NCBI GenBank assembly: GCA_030429735.1
Contig: JAUIET010000002.1
Coordinates: forward strand, 292,414-356,413
DNA length: 64,000 bases
Origin: Gammaproteobacteria bacterium
Lineage (GTDB): Bacteria > Pseudomonadota > Gammaproteobacteria > Pseudomonadales > JAUIET01
Direction: 5' to 3'
Shown: in pieces, positions 63,990-64,000 of the stretch
Layout of the letters: every line of letters starts with the position of its first letter
Numbering within the stretch: the stretch's first letter is position 1
Translations under genes and position numbers: made by a program
Notes under the pieces: generated by a model
Database searches by the model: none
What the model was told of the DNA's origin: nothing
The model's input: the letters and a program-made list of their open reading frames with translations, nothing else

Positions 63990-64000
63990 GTTTGCGTTGC

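Noticed and set aside
1-64000. tRNA, rRNA, CRISPR arrays, integrases/transposases, prophage or toxin-antitoxin modules
   Set aside because: I found no cloverleaf-compatible conserved tRNA motifs, no regularly spaced direct repeats, and no recombinase-like ORFs while reading both strands. Absence is by eye only, and tRNAscan, CRISPR finders and ISfinder searches would be needed to confirm it.

Overview
This is a single contiguous 64-kb chromosomal stretch, roughly 50% GC by eye. Its gene content looks like an aerobic marine gammaproteobacterium, but the taxon cannot be fixed without a database search. I can support about 70 protein-coding genes or pseudogenes. I found no rRNA, tRNA, CRISPR array, integrase, transposase or phage genes. 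From left to right the window contains: (i) A soluble group-3b/sulfhydrogenase-like [NiFe]-hydrogenase operon: an Fe-S subunit fragment, a cNMP-binding-domain protein, an FAD/NAD subunit, small and large subunits, and an endopeptidase. It is followed by a hypA-like gene, hypF and hypC, and then, after a 3.8-kb interruption, hypD-hypE. (ii) Many stress or dormancy-type genes: two tandem UspE-like proteins, one UspA, one degenerate tandem USP-like protein, a SERCA/CtpF-like P-type ATPase, a GAF-PAS hybrid histidine kinase, and an APH-fold/P-loop kinase apparently co-transcribed with glutamate dehydrogenase. (iii) A lipid block: a DUF4136 lipoprotein, a WS/DGAT wax-ester/TAG synthase and mlaFEDCB plus an extra mlaC in one apparent operon, two DUF3336-patatin lipase paralogues, and a GT4 glycosyltransferase. 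(iv) An orphan encapsulated-ferritin-like gene, a LonC-like protease and a USP-like gene in a row, then trxC and a PatZ-type acetyltransferase. (v) A housekeeping and accessory mix: cysK-like, GSTs, ompW, a UbiA prenyltransferase, a ybjQ-ybjQ-M48 triad, csaA, aroQ plus a degenerate aroQ-like gene, a DDN-family reductase, arsR, an SDR, a haloalkane dehalogenase, and an arsI-acr3-TVP38-GST-LLM operon. (vi) A decayed right end with an RND transporter pseudogene and a dusC 5' remnant. The most striking non-genic signal is a set of 12 perfect and 6 one-mismatch TTGAT-N4-ATCAA (FNR/Anr-type) palindromes. All are intergenic. They tie most of the left 43 kb, plus ompW and the second patatin gene, into one putative oxygen-limitation regulon. 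A 268-bp cloverleaf-like MITE with perfect 34-bp terminal inverted repeats and two solo repeat ends is also present. All calls were made by eye from the ORF translations and the sequence. No database search or computation was possible, so family names are recognition-level assignments.
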